The translations under genes and the position numbers were made by a program. A stretch of DNA of 64,000 bases from Candidatus Omnitrophota bacterium. Its GTDB lineage: Bacteria; Omnitrophota; Gorgyraeia; 2-01-FULL-45-10. This document shows, one piece after another, positions 17,956 to 27,790 of this stretch (its first letter is position 1; each line of letters starts with the position of its first letter). The notes beneath the pieces were generated by a model. That model was not told the DNA's origin and did not search any database. It saw only the letters and a program-made list of their open reading frames with translations. The stretch lies in NCBI GenBank assembly GCA_041648975.1, contig JBAZNZ010000007.1, positions 4,807 through 68,806 of the forward strand, in the 5' to 3' direction.

Positions 17956-19394
17956 TAAAAGACAGCGGGATAGTCATTTCACCTGACAACAGGCGCGTTA
18001 TCTTAAGGCCGTATATTCCCGCCGACCAATCGCGTGTCCCGAGGATAGTCGAACGCGTTATGGCCCTGAGCGAATCCGACGCAGAAAAAGAATTAAAGAG
18101 TGTCACGCGAAATTTTTCAGGCCGGCACCGTAATTTTAATACAATGCTCGAGCGCCAATTTGAGGTCGTCCGCGCATACATGCCTTCCGGTTTTTTGCCT
18201 TCCAAAGCGCGCAAGCTTCTTATAGCGGCGTACTTTATCGGTGAGCGTTCATATGAATCAACCGCTTTATTCAATCCTTCTATCGTCGAGCATCCAGACC
18301 AGTCCGGCGTTTCCCGCGGTTCGTTACGAGTAATTATAACTTTGCGCGCGACAGGCGAAGGGCATATATCCGCGCTGGCATTCCGCTCAGGGGTCGTAGG
18401 CCAAAAGGGGTCTATATCGATCGATGAGGATTCCGATTTTGCCTGCACCGCCCAACCGAAACCGAACGCCCTTTACGACAAGATATGTTTCAACGGAAAA
18501 CTTTATGAAATGGGACTGGAGAACGATTGCTCAAAATATATTACGGCCCCGTTAGGGCTTGAGTTTACCCTGGCCGAGCTGCAGGATAAGGTAGATGCCT
18601 ATATCGCCGGGCATAATCCGGTAACTCCTACAGACAGGCTTACCTGTGAAAAAGTCCTATGGCTCGCGCGGTGTAATTACGAAGCCGCCTTCGATCCGTT
18701 ATTTACGCTTTCAGAGCGCGTCCTATTCCCGTTCTCGCCCAGCGAACAAAACGGTATGGAGGACGCGCGTTTCGTTTTGTTCAAGGGCGATGACGGAAGC
18801 ATAAAATACTACGCCACCTATACGGCGTATGACGGGAGGGTCATCCTTCCGCAGATCATGGAGACAAAAGATTTTATTCATTTTAAGATGATTACCCTGA
18901 ACGGCACCGCGGCCCTTAACAAAGGGATGGCTTTATTTCCCCGCAAGATAAACGGCCGTTACGCGATGATCTCCAGGAACGATAATGAGAGGATCTTCCT
19001 CATGTATTCCGACAATATCCATTTCTGGCATGAAGCCGCCGCGATCATGGAGCCTTCGTACCCCTGGGAGTTCGTGCAAATCGGGAATTGCGGTTCTCCC
19101 ATAGAGACTGAACGCGGATGGCTTCTTTTAACTCATGGCGTCGGCCCGCTGCGTCAATATTCTATCGGCGCGGCCCTGCTTGACCGCGATGATCCCTCGC
19201 GCGTACTCGGCCGATTGAGAGAACCGCTTATTCATTGGAAAAATAAAAGCCGTTCCGGGTATGTTCCGAACGTCGTCTATTCATGCGGCGCCATAGTCCA
19301 CAGCGATATGCTTATTATCCCTTACGCGTTATCCGATCAACAAACGACTATCGCGTTGATATCGCTCGGCGAGATTTTAGACAGATTATCTTAG
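17952..19394 (+). CDS. GH130-family glycoside phosphorylase/hydrolase with an N-terminal extension of about 200 aa
   Basis: GH130 core motifs FNPS, MEDARFV, YYATYTAYDG, GNCGSPIETERGWLLLTHG, NVVYSCG and YALSDQ; ATGA overlap with the upstream gene. Confidence 0.6.
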   Translation: MIKDSGIVISPDNRRVILRPYIPADQSRVPRIVERVMALSESDAEKELKSVTRNFSGRHRNFNTMLERQFEVVRAYMPSGFLPSKARKLLIAAYFIGERSYESTALFNPSIVEHPDQSGVSRGSLRVIITLRATGEGHISALAFRSGVVGQKGSISIDEDSDFACTAQPKPNALYDKICFNGKLYEMGLENDCSKYITAPLGLEFTLAELQDKVDAYIAGHNPVTPTDRLTCEKVLWLARCNYEAAFDPLFTLSERVLFPFSPSEQNGMEDARFVLFKGDDGSIKYYATYTAYDGRVILPQIMETKDFIHFKMITLNGTAALNKGMALFPRKINGRYAMISRNDNERIFLMYSDNIHFWHEAAAIMEPSYPWEFVQIGNCGSPIETERGWLLLTHGVGPLRQYSIGAALLDRDDPSRVLGRLREPLIHWKNKSRSGYVPNVVYSCGAIVHSDMLIIPYALSDQQTTIALISLGEILDRLS

Positions 19395-19425
19395 GGGATG
19401 GATAAATGACGAATTTATATCTTCG

Positions 19426-19454
19426 TTGACAGTCTTTTGATTATCTGGTAAGAT
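19426..19454 (+). promoter_or_regulatory. Consensus-like sigma70 promoter TTGACA-17-TAAGAT upstream of pflB, with a 5' leader of about 130 nt
   Basis: Exact TTGACA at 19426-19431, a 17-nt spacer, and TAAGAT at 19449-19454. Confidence 0.5.
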
Positions 19455-19585
19455 ACGACTACAATTCTGGTCCAAAATAGCGCGACTGGCGGTAGACATG
19501 GGTAACCATGCGGGAGCGCGAATATGCAAAATCGAACGCCTGGGTTTTAAGGATCCGGGCGTTTATCTTTTTTGGAGGAGATGAT

Positions 19586-21796
19586 ATGTTTATACGAGGA
19601 CGATGGGATAAGACGATCGACATAATGGATTTTATCATAAGGAATTATATGCCGTATGACGGCGATGAATCATTTCTGTGCGGCCCTACCCCAAGGACCA
19701 AAAAGCTATGGCAGAAGTGTCTTAGGCTTTTCGAAAAAGAGCATAAGAACGGCGGCGTCTATGACATCGACGTATCGACCGTATCGACGATAACAAGCCA
19801 TAAGCCCGGTTATATAGATAAGAAGCTGGAGATCATTAAAGGGCTGCAGACCGACAGGCCGCTCAAGAGGGCGATAAAACCGCTGGGCGGGATACGCATA
19901 GTTGAGAAAGCATGCGAGGACTATGGGTATAAGCTGGATAACAAGGTAAAAGAGATATATTTAAAATACCGGAAGACGCATAATGACAGCGTTTTCGATT
20001 CCTATACCGCCGATATATTAAAGGCCCGCGGCACCGGGCTTATTACAGGGCTGCCGGATAATTATTCGAGAGGGAGGATAATAGGCGATTACAGGAGAGT
20101 AGCGTTGTATGGTATAGAGAAGCTTATAAAAGTGAAAAAACACGATAAAGAGTCATTCGAGGACTATTCTTCCCAGGAGGCGATACAATTAAGGGAAGAG
20201 ATAGCGGACCAGATAGGCGCTTTAGAAGATATCGTGGAGTTAGGCAAGTCTTACGGCTGCGACCTGAATAGGCCGGCAGAGAACGCGGCAGAGGCTATCC
20301 AATGGGTATATCTCGCGTATCTTGCCGCCATAAAGGAGCAGGACGGGGCCGCCATGAGCTTAGGCAGCGTGAGTAATTTTTTTGACGTATATATTGAGAG
20401 AGATATTAACCGGGGGTTGCTGACCGAAGAGAAGGCGCAGGAATTGATAGATGATTTTGTGATAAAGCTGCGCATGGTGCGCCACCTTAGGCCGAAGTCA
20501 TACGATGAGATATTCGCCGGGGACCCGGTATGGATAACGGAGAGTATCGCCGGGGTAGGCATAGACGGAAGGCATAAGGTCACAAAGACGTCTTACAGGT
20601 TCCTGCAGACTTTATACAATTTAGGGCCCGCGCCCGAGCCTAATCTTACTGTCCTGTGGTCTTCCAGGCTTCCCGATAATTTTAAGAGGTTCTGCGCCAG
20701 GGTATCTATCACCACGAGCTCTATCCAGTATGAGAATGATGATCTGATGCGATTGATAGGAGGAGACGATTACAGCATCTCATGCTGCGTATCCCTGTTA
20801 AAGAACGGGAGCGAGATGCAATATTTCGGAGCGCGGTGCAATCTCGCTAAAGTATTACTATACGCGTTAAACGAAGGCGCCGACGAGATCACCGGAGAAA
20901 AAGTTGTCCCGGGGATAGCGCCGATGAGCTCCGTTATATTGGACCACGATGAGGTAAAACAGCGATACATGCAGGTGCTGCGCTGGACGATCAGGACATA
21001 TGTCCAGGCCCTCAATATCATCCATTCTTCGCATGACAGGTATTATTATGAAAGATCGCAGATGGCGCTCTTAAATACGGAGCTGACGCGTTATATGGCA
21101 TTCGGTATCGCGGGCCTGTCGGTCGTAGCCGACTCGCTAAGCGCTATCCGCTATGCCAGAGTCAGGTCTGTTCGTAACAATAAAGGCCTTACGACAGATT
21201 TTAAGATAACCGGAGATTTTTATGCTTTCGGGAACGATGATGACAGGGTGGACGGCCGGGCCGTCGACCTGGTGAATACATTTCTTGCGGAGATAAAAAA
21301 ATATAAGTTTTACAGGGATTCTCTCCCGGCGGTCTCTGTTCTCACCATCACTTCGAATGTTATGTATGGCAAGAAGACGGGGGCCACCCCGGACGGGAGA
21401 AAGAAAGGCGAACCTTTCGCTCCCGGGGCAAACCCTATGCACGGCAGGGATAAAAGCGGGGTAATAGCGTCTTTGAATTCCGTCGCCGGTATCCCTTATT
21501 CCGAATGCAGGGACGGTATATCAAATACATTTACCACCGTGCCGGATACGTTAGGAAAGACTCAGGATGAGCGGGTATCCAATCTCGCGGCCTTGCTCGA
21601 AGGTTATTTTATCAAAGGAGCCCATCATCTGAATATCAACGTGATCGACAAGAAGACGCTCAAAGACGCGATGCGCCACCCGCATAAATATCCGCAGCTC
21701 ACTATCCGCGTGTCGGGATACGCGGTCCATTTTAACAAATTGTTGCCCGAACAGCAGAGAGAGGTATTGGCAAGGACGTTCCATGAAACAATGTAG
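19586..21796 (+). CDS. pflB: Pyruvate formate-lyase (formate C-acetyltransferase), a glycyl-radical enzyme
   Basis: C-terminal glycyl radical motif RVSGYAV and N-terminal [11 protein letters not shown]. The start was chosen at the ATG after GGAGGAG, because the track's 19508 start adds non-homologous residues. Confidence 0.9.
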   Translation: MFIRGRWDKTIDIMDFIIRNYMPYDGDESFLCGPTPRTKKLWQKCLRLFEKEHKNGGVYDIDVSTVSTITSHKPGYIDKKLEIIKGLQTDRPLKRAIKPLGGIRIVEKACEDYGYKLDNKVKEIYLKYRKTHNDSVFDSYTADILKARGTGLITGLPDNYSRGRIIGDYRRVALYGIEKLIKVKKHDKESFEDYSSQEAIQLREEIADQIGALEDIVELGKSYGCDLNRPAENAAEAIQWVYLAYLAAIKEQDGAAMSLGSVSNFFDVYIERDINRGLLTEEKAQELIDDFVIKLRMVRHLRPKSYDEIFAGDPVWITESIAGVGIDGRHKVTKTSYRFLQTLYNLGPAPEPNLTVLWSSRLPDNFKRFCARVSITTSSIQYENDDLMRLIGGDDYSISCCVSLLKNGSEMQYFGARCNLAKVLLYALNEGADEITGEKVVPGIAPMSSVILDHDEVKQRYMQVLRWTIRTYVQALNIIHSSHDRYYYERSQMALLNTELTRYMAFGIAGLSVVADSLSAIRYARVRSVRNNKGLTTDFKITGDFYAFGNDDDRVDGRAVDLVNTFLAEIKKYKFYRDSLPAVSVLTITSNVMYGKKTGATPDGRKKGEPFAPGANPMHGRDKSGVIASLNSVAGIPYSECRDGISNTFTTVPDTLGKTQDERVSNLAALLEGYFIKGAHHLNINVIDKKTLKDAMRHPHKYPQLTIRVSGYAVHFNKLLPEQQREVLARTFHETM

Positions 21797-22520
21797 CAAA
21801 AAATCCCGCGTCGGGCGGATCCATTCGATAGAGAGTTTCGCGACGCAGGACGGTCCCGGGATACGGTTTCTTCTGTTCATGCAGGGGTGCGTCGCCGGCT
21901 GTTTATATTGCCAGAATCCTGATACATGGAATTTGAAGGGCGGTTTCGATATGAGCGCGGAGGAGGCGCTCAAAAAAGTAAAACGCTGCATGCCGTATAT
22001 AAAAGCGTCCAACGGAGGCATTACGGTTTCGGGCGGCGAGCCGCTTCTTCAGATGGAGTTTCTCGTTGAGCTGTTCAGGCTATGCAGAATGAATAATATA
22101 CATACCGCGGTGGATACGAGCGCTTTTTATTATAAACGTAACAGTAAACTATTGCGGAAGCTCATTTCGCTGACAGATCTTTTTATCGTGGATATAAAGG
22201 CCGCGCGGGAGAAATTGCATAAAAAGATAACGTCCAGGCCGTTAGGCGAGGTGCTCGATCTTTTAAAGATCCTGGAATCGGAGAAGAAGGCTTGTTGGAT
22301 CAGGTATGTCCTTGTTCCCAAATTGAACGATTCGAAAAAAGATATGCAGGCGTTAAAGAAGATCCTCGCCGGCCTAAGCTTTTGTGAAAAATTCGAGTTT
22401 CTTCCTTATCACACCCTGGGCAAGCATAAATGGGAATACATGAAGCTCAAATATCCGCTTGGCAATACTCCGCCGGCAACGGCGCGAGACATAAAAAAGG
22501 CTTTAGCTTTTATTAAATGA
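21783..22520 (+). CDS. pflA: Pyruvate formate-lyase activating enzyme (radical SAM)
   Basis: [14 protein letters not shown] (CxxxCxxC) and GGEPLLQ; overlaps the end of pflB. Confidence 0.85.
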   Translation: MKQCSKKSRVGRIHSIESFATQDGPGIRFLLFMQGCVAGCLYCQNPDTWNLKGGFDMSAEEALKKVKRCMPYIKASNGGITVSGGEPLLQMEFLVELFRLCRMNNIHTAVDTSAFYYKRNSKLLRKLISLTDLFIVDIKAAREKLHKKITSRPLGEVLDLLKILESEKKACWIRYVLVPKLNDSKKDMQALKKILAGLSFCEKFEFLPYHTLGKHKWEYMKLKYPLGNTPPATARDIKKALAFIK

Positions 22521-22550
22521 ATAGACGTATCAAGCAAAGAGAGGGTAGAC

Positions 22551-24245
22551 ATGAAAAGTGATATAGAGATCGCCCGAGAGGTGAAATTAAAACCTATTAC
22601 GGAGATCGCAAAAAAATTAGGCATTCAAGAAGATGAACTGGAACTTCACGGTAAATACAAGGCAAAGGTGGAGCTCTCTATTTTGAAGCGGATAAAGGGC
22701 AATCCTGACGGCAAATATATAGATGTTACCGCTATAACACCTACGCCGCTTGGCGAGGGTAAGACTGTCACTACGATCGGTTTGTCAATGGGATTGGCCA
22801 GGTTAGGGAAGAAGGTCTCTACCTGTATACGGCAGCCGTCGCTTGGGCCTGTCTTCGGCATAAAGGGAGGCGCCGCGGGCGGCGGGTATTCTCAGGTCGT
22901 GCCGATGGAGGATTTCAACCTGCATTTGACCGGTGATGTGCATGCGGTCGGCCTGGCGCATAATCTTTGCGCGGCATTCCTCGATAATTCTCTTTTCCGT
23001 GGTAACAAATTAAACATAGACCCTTCGGCGATACTCTGGCGGAGGGTCGTGGACGTCAGCGACAGGTCTTTGCGTAACATTACGATAGGCCAGGGGTCTA
23101 AGGAAGACGGTGTCCCGCGCCAAACCGGTTTTGATATTACCGTCGCGTCGGAGGTCATGGCGATCCTGGCTCTGGCCTGCGATCTTAAAGATCTGCGGCA
23201 GCGTATAGGCAGGATAGTAGTCGCCTTTACCTATGACGGGAAGCCGGTTACTACCGAGGATCTGAAAGTGGCGGGGGCGATGGCTGTGCTTTTAAAAGAC
23301 GCTATCAAGCCTACGTTGATGCAGACGAGCGAAAATACTCCGTGTTTTGTGCACACGGGGCCGTTTGCTAACATTGCCCACGGGAATAACTCTATCATCG
23401 CCGACAGGATGGCGCTCAAACTGAGCGAGTATGTGGTTACGGAAAGCGGTTTTGGAGCCGATTGCGGCGCGGAGAAGGCTTTTAATATTAAATGCCGCAT
23501 CGGCGCTCTGGTGCCCAGCGCGGTGGTAATCGTCTGTTCTGTCCGCGCGCTGAAGATGCATAGCGGGCGCTTTAAAGTGGCGGCAGGAAAGCCTTTGAGC
23601 GAAGATCTGTTAAGGGAAAATATCGAGGCGATCGAGGAGGGCGCGGTAAACCTGGAGAAGCATATTGAAAATATACGGCTATTCGGCCTGCCTGCGGTAG
23701 TGGCGATAAATAGATTCACTACCGATACGGATAAAGAGATAGAAGCGGTGAGGAAGAAGGCCTTAGCCGCCGGAGCCGATGACGCTGTAGTAAGCGACGT
23801 GTGGGCAAGGGGCGGCCAGGGCGGGATAGATCTGGCCCGGGCGGTAGTAAAGGCCGCCGACAAGCCTTCTCATTTTAAGTTCCTGTATTCGCTAGATGAT
23901 TCTATCGAACAAAAGATCGAAAGGATAGCGAAGAGTGTTTACGGCGCGGCGCATGTCGAATATTCTCCTGAGGCAGTGAAGAAGATAACGCTTTATACTA
24001 AACTGGGTTATGACAAACTCCCCATTTGCATGGCAAAGACGCATCTATCTCTTTCTCATGATCCTGAATTAAAGGGCAAACCCGCGGGGTTTACCGTTCC
24101 TATCCGCGATATAAGGGTGGCGGCGGGCGCCGGTTTCCTGTATCCTTTGTGCGGCCAGATGCGCACTATGCCGGGGCTGCCATCGGATCCTGCGGGGGCG
24201 CATATAGACCTGGATGAGGACGGTAATGTGGTCGGGTTATTTTAA
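22551..24245 (+). CDS. fhs: Formate--tetrahydrofolate ligase
   Basis: A 564-aa protein with the typical Fhs N-terminus (SDIEIA...KPI.EIA.KLGI) and a PTPLGEGKT P-loop. Confidence 0.9.
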   Translation: MKSDIEIAREVKLKPITEIAKKLGIQEDELELHGKYKAKVELSILKRIKGNPDGKYIDVTAITPTPLGEGKTVTTIGLSMGLARLGKKVSTCIRQPSLGPVFGIKGGAAGGGYSQVVPMEDFNLHLTGDVHAVGLAHNLCAAFLDNSLFRGNKLNIDPSAILWRRVVDVSDRSLRNITIGQGSKEDGVPRQTGFDITVASEVMAILALACDLKDLRQRIGRIVVAFTYDGKPVTTEDLKVAGAMAVLLKDAIKPTLMQTSENTPCFVHTGPFANIAHGNNSIIADRMALKLSEYVVTESGFGADCGAEKAFNIKCRIGALVPSAVVIVCSVRALKMHSGRFKVAAGKPLSEDLLRENIEAIEEGAVNLEKHIENIRLFGLPAVVAINRFTTDTDKEIEAVRKKALAAGADDAVVSDVWARGGQGGIDLARAVVKAADKPSHFKFLYSLDDSIEQKIERIAKSVYGAAHVEYSPEAVKKITLYTKLGYDKLPICMAKTHLSLSHDPELKGKPAGFTVPIRDIRVAAGAGFLYPLCGQMRTMPGLPSDPAGAHIDLDEDGNVVGLF

Positions 24246-24267
24246 AGCATAAGAGTAGGTGATAAAT

Positions 24268-24296
24268 TTGACTTTATGCAACATCGCAGGTATAAT
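24268..24296 (+). promoter_or_regulatory. Consensus sigma70 promoter TTGACT-17-TATAAT upstream of the asdA leader
   Basis: Exact hexamers TTGACT (24268-24273) and TATAAT (24291-24296) with a 17-nt spacer. Confidence 0.6.
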
Positions 24297-24321
24297 TAAT
24301 TAATTCAGCTATAAAAGGAAG

Positions 24322-24363
24322 ATGCGATGGAAGAAGGCAATAGTTGCGCGATTAATTTTTTAA
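24322..24363 (+). CDS. Candidate 13-codon leader peptide (MRWKKAIVARLIF) with an AAGGAA RBS
   Basis: ATG at 24322 sits 6 nt after AAAAGGAAG. The TAA stop at 24361-24363 overlaps the first bases of the terminator stem. Confidence 0.3.
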   Translation: MRWKKAIVARLIF

Positions 24364-24392
24364 GCGGCTTAATACTTAAGCCGCTTTTTTTT
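24362..24392 (+). terminator. Strong intrinsic terminator inside the asdA 5' leader (attenuator candidate)
   Basis: Perfect 10-bp stem AAGCGGCTTA/TAAGCCGCTT with loop ATACT, followed by a T run of at least 6. It lies about 70 nt upstream of the asdA start. Confidence 0.6.
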
Positions 24393-24462
24393 ATTGGAAA
24401 GGCCTCGGTCGGAGACCTCGGCACTTAGCCAACTCTGTGGCTGAATAAACTTGGGGGTAAAT

Positions 24463-26079
24463 ATGAAACGTTCGGACCAGGAAAAAGGTTATGAGGCGCT
24501 TAGCCCATTTGAGCTCAAAAATAAGTTGATGGCCATGGCGCAATGCCGCCGCGAGAGGATCATGTTAAATGCCGGAAGGGGAAATCCAAACTGGGTTGCC
24601 ATAGAGCCCAGAGAAGGGTTCTTCCAATTCGGCATGTTCGCTCTGGAGGAGTCCCAGAGGTCGCCGCACAGGCCCGGGCTCGGGTCCGTAGCGCAAAAAG
24701 AGGGACTTTCAAAAAGATTCAAAGACTTTCTCACTAAGAACTCCGGCAAGCCTGGGATTGCGTTTCTCGACGGCGTCTTCAGCTACGCATGCGCAGAGCT
24801 GAAAATAGCAGGGGATGACTTTCTTAACGAGATGGTGGACGCCGTACTCGGCGACCACTATCCAACGCCGGACAGGATGCTTGAACTATGCGAAAGGATA
24901 GTCCATAAATATTTCGAACAGGAGATGTTCGGCGGCGCATCCGTAGGGAAATTCGATCTCTTTGCTACAGAGGGCGGCACGGCTGCCATGGATTATATAT
25001 TTACAAGCCTGTCGGAAAACAGATTGATCCATAAAGGCGATAAGATCGCGATAGGCACTCCTATCTTCACGCCGTATATAGAAATACCGCGGCTTAACGA
25101 TTATGAGCTTGTAGAGATAGAGATCAAACAGGATGAAAATTCCGACTGGCAATATCCCGATTCGGAGATCGAAAAACTGGCCGATCCCGCGGTAAAGGCG
25201 TTCTTCCTGGTCAACCCATCCAATCCCACGTCCGTCAGCATGCAGCAGAAGTCGCTCGATAAGATAACAGAACTCGTGAAGAACCGCAGAAAAGATCTTA
25301 TAGTGCTTACCGACGACGTGTACGGTACGTTCGTCAACGGTTTCAAATCGCTGGCCGCGGCGGCTCCGCATAACACGATCCTCGTCTATTCATTTTCAAA
25401 ATATTTCGGCGCTACAGGGTGGCGCCTGGGGGTCATAGGCATACACGAGGATAACGTTTTCGATAAGCGCATAGCGGCATTGCCGGCGGCCGAAAAGGAA
25501 GAGCTCCATGCCCGTTACTGCGCCGTGGAGTTGGATCCGGACCACATGAAATTGATTGACCGCATGGTAGCCGACTCACGGTCGGTAGCGCTTCATCATA
25601 CAGCGGGACTTTCGACGCCCCAGCAGGTGATGATGGTGATGTTCGCGCTGCACTGCCTTACGAATAAAAGCGGCGATTACAAAAAGATGGCCCAGGATAT
25701 CGTGACGAGGCGGTTCAAGGACCTGTATACATCTCTCGGGACGCCGTATCCTGATAATTTATACGACGCGCACTACTACACCACGATCGATATCCCGGAG
25801 CTCGCGAAGGCGAGATACGGCGGGGACTTCGCCGCGTACCTTATTAAGAACCACGAGCCGATAGATTTCGTGTGGTGCCTCGCCTCGAAAAAGTCGATCG
25901 TATTGATGGACGGCGGAGGATTCGACGCGCCCAACATGTCGGTCAGGGTATCTTTAGCCAATCTCGACGACGACGCGTACAAGGCGATCGGCAAAGGAAT
26001 AAGCGAGCTTCTTGCGGAGTACCACCATGTATGGCAGATGTCGAGCCAAAAGACGGAGGGGAGGACCCATGCTGCGTGA
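24463..26079 (+). CDS. asdA: Bifunctional aspartate aminotransferase / aspartate 4-decarboxylase (AsdA)
   Basis: N-terminus LSPFELKNKLM...LNAGRGNPNW matches the aspartate 4-decarboxylase family (PLP fold type I, about 540 aa). The ATG start was chosen after GGGGG; the track's 24451 start is TTG. Confidence 0.8.
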   Translation: MKRSDQEKGYEALSPFELKNKLMAMAQCRRERIMLNAGRGNPNWVAIEPREGFFQFGMFALEESQRSPHRPGLGSVAQKEGLSKRFKDFLTKNSGKPGIAFLDGVFSYACAELKIAGDDFLNEMVDAVLGDHYPTPDRMLELCERIVHKYFEQEMFGGASVGKFDLFATEGGTAAMDYIFTSLSENRLIHKGDKIAIGTPIFTPYIEIPRLNDYELVEIEIKQDENSDWQYPDSEIEKLADPAVKAFFLVNPSNPTSVSMQQKSLDKITELVKNRRKDLIVLTDDVYGTFVNGFKSLAAAAPHNTILVYSFSKYFGATGWRLGVIGIHEDNVFDKRIAALPAAEKEELHARYCAVELDPDHMKLIDRMVADSRSVALHHTAGLSTPQQVMMVMFALHCLTNKSGDYKKMAQDIVTRRFKDLYTSLGTPYPDNLYDAHYYTTIDIPELAKARYGGDFAAYLIKNHEPIDFVWCLASKKSIVLMDGGGFDAPNMSVRVSLANLDDDAYKAIGKGISELLAEYHHVWQMSSQKTEGRTHAA

Positions 26080-27754
26080 TATTGCGGATCTGATGCGCGC
26101 CAATCCGGAAATAGTGTTATTCCTGGCGCTTGCTATAGGCTATTTCGCAGGCAAGCGATTTAAGATATTCGGATTTTCTCTCGGTTCCACCGCGTCTATA
26201 TTACTTGCCGCCATTGTCGTAGGCCAGGTAGGCATAACGGTACCGTCTATAGTGAAGAATATAGCCTTCGCGCTATTTATATTTACCGTAGGCTACAAGG
26301 TCGGGCCGCAGTTCTTCGGCTCGCTCAAGAAGCAGGGAATGAATTATCTTTGGCTGACGATTGCGGTGGCTATAACGGCGCTCGCGACGACCATCGTTAT
26401 AGGTAAGATGGCACACTTGGACAAAGGAACCACCGCAGGTATGTTTGCCGGCTCGATGACTACCTCCGCCGCCCTTGGCACCGGAGGGGACGCCATTAAA
26501 CACCTGGGCATTACAGCGGAAGCGAAGAACACGCTCGATTCGAATATGGCTGTCGCATACGCGATCACGTATATATTCGGCACGGCCGGCACAATAGTCC
26601 TCATAAAGATGGCGCCTGTCCTCTTTAAGATAGACCTAAAAGCTGAAGCGAAAAAACTGGAAGAGCAGATGGGGGCCGCGGAGTCGGATGAGGATAGCCA
26701 GGGGGAATTTTCATGGACCGCGCGGCTCGATATGAGGGCTTATACGGCCCTCAACGGCGCCATAATAGGGAAGAGTATTTCCCAGGTTGAGGCGCTTTTC
26801 CCCGCGAGGGTCGCGATAGACAAGATAAAAAGGGGCGGGAATGTCATCGAGTGCGCTCCTGAAACGGTTGTGGCGCGCGAGGACACTCTCCTCGTGCTGG
26901 GAGCTACCGCACAGCTGACGCATGCAGATGAGCTGCTAGGGCCGGAGGTCGACCGCGCGGCTGTTATCGACGTGGTTGGCGAGATCATGGATGTCTGCAT
27001 TCTGAATAAAGAGGTTGCCGGCAAGACACTCGGGGAGCTGGGAAGACTAAAGCTTGCGCACGGGATATTTTTGCGCAAGGCTACCAGACAGGGCCACGAA
27101 CTGCCGATCATACCCGGCACAGTGGTGCATAAGTGCGACATACTGCAGCTCGTCGGAGCCAAGGATGACGTCGAAAAGGCTGTTAAGTTCCTGGGATACG
27201 CCGAACGGCCGACTACCGTCACCGACCTTGTCACTGTGGCGGTTGGCTGCATACTGGGTACTCTGTTGGGGCTCATCGTTGTTCCTGTCTGTGGTATTCC
27301 GGTTACGCTGGGTACGGGCGGCGGAGTTCTTGTCGCAGGGCTTTTATGCGGATGGCTCAGGTCGATGCATCCCACATTCGGACAGATACCCGGTGGCGCG
27401 CAGTGGATACTGGGCGATCTGGGATTAAATCTTTTCGTGGCATGCGTGGGAGTTTCTGCCGGACCGCAGGCGCTGAACGCGATAAGGACGACAGGCCTTT
27501 CGGTATTTTTGGGAGGGATAGCTGTAACGACTCTGCCTATAATAGTGCTTCTGTTTTTAGGGTTAAAGGTATTGAAGATGAATCCGATACTGCTGTTGGG
27601 CGCGGGGACAGGTTCGCATAACTGCACAGCCTCGCTTAACGCGATAATCGAAGCGTCCGGAAGCCCTCTTGCCGTATTGGGATATGCCGCCCCATACGCG
27701 TTTGCGAATGTCATCCTGACGGTTTGGGGGACAATTATAGTAAGTATGATGTAG
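26069..27754 (+). CDS. aspT: Aspartate:alanine antiporter (AAE family, YidE/YbjL architecture)
   Basis: Two Asp-Al_Ex membrane domains flank two TrkA_C/RCK_C domains. The ATG at 26069 overlaps the asdA stop and follows GGAGGGGAGGA. Confidence 0.75.
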   Translation: MLRDIADLMRANPEIVLFLALAIGYFAGKRFKIFGFSLGSTASILLAAIVVGQVGITVPSIVKNIAFALFIFTVGYKVGPQFFGSLKKQGMNYLWLTIAVAITALATTIVIGKMAHLDKGTTAGMFAGSMTTSAALGTGGDAIKHLGITAEAKNTLDSNMAVAYAITYIFGTAGTIVLIKMAPVLFKIDLKAEAKKLEEQMGAAESDEDSQGEFSWTARLDMRAYTALNGAIIGKSISQVEALFPARVAIDKIKRGGNVIECAPETVVAREDTLLVLGATAQLTHADELLGPEVDRAAVIDVVGEIMDVCILNKEVAGKTLGELGRLKLAHGIFLRKATRQGHELPIIPGTVVHKCDILQLVGAKDDVEKAVKFLGYAERPTTVTDLVTVAVGCILGTLLGLIVVPVCGIPVTLGTGGGVLVAGLLCGWLRSMHPTFGQIPGGAQWILGDLGLNLFVACVGVSAGPQALNAIRTTGLSVFLGGIAVTTLPIIVLLFLGLKVLKMNPILLLGAGTGSHNCTASLNAIIEASGSPLAVLGYAAPYAFANVILTVWGTIIVSMM

Positions 27755-27790
27755 ATGCGGCAATTCTGATAATGGATAGAAGGAGGAGTT

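Noticed and set aside
19432-19448. Possible FNR half-site TTGAT in the pflB promoter spacer
   Set aside because: No matching ATCAA partner was seen at the right spacing, so it is not a convincing FNR box.
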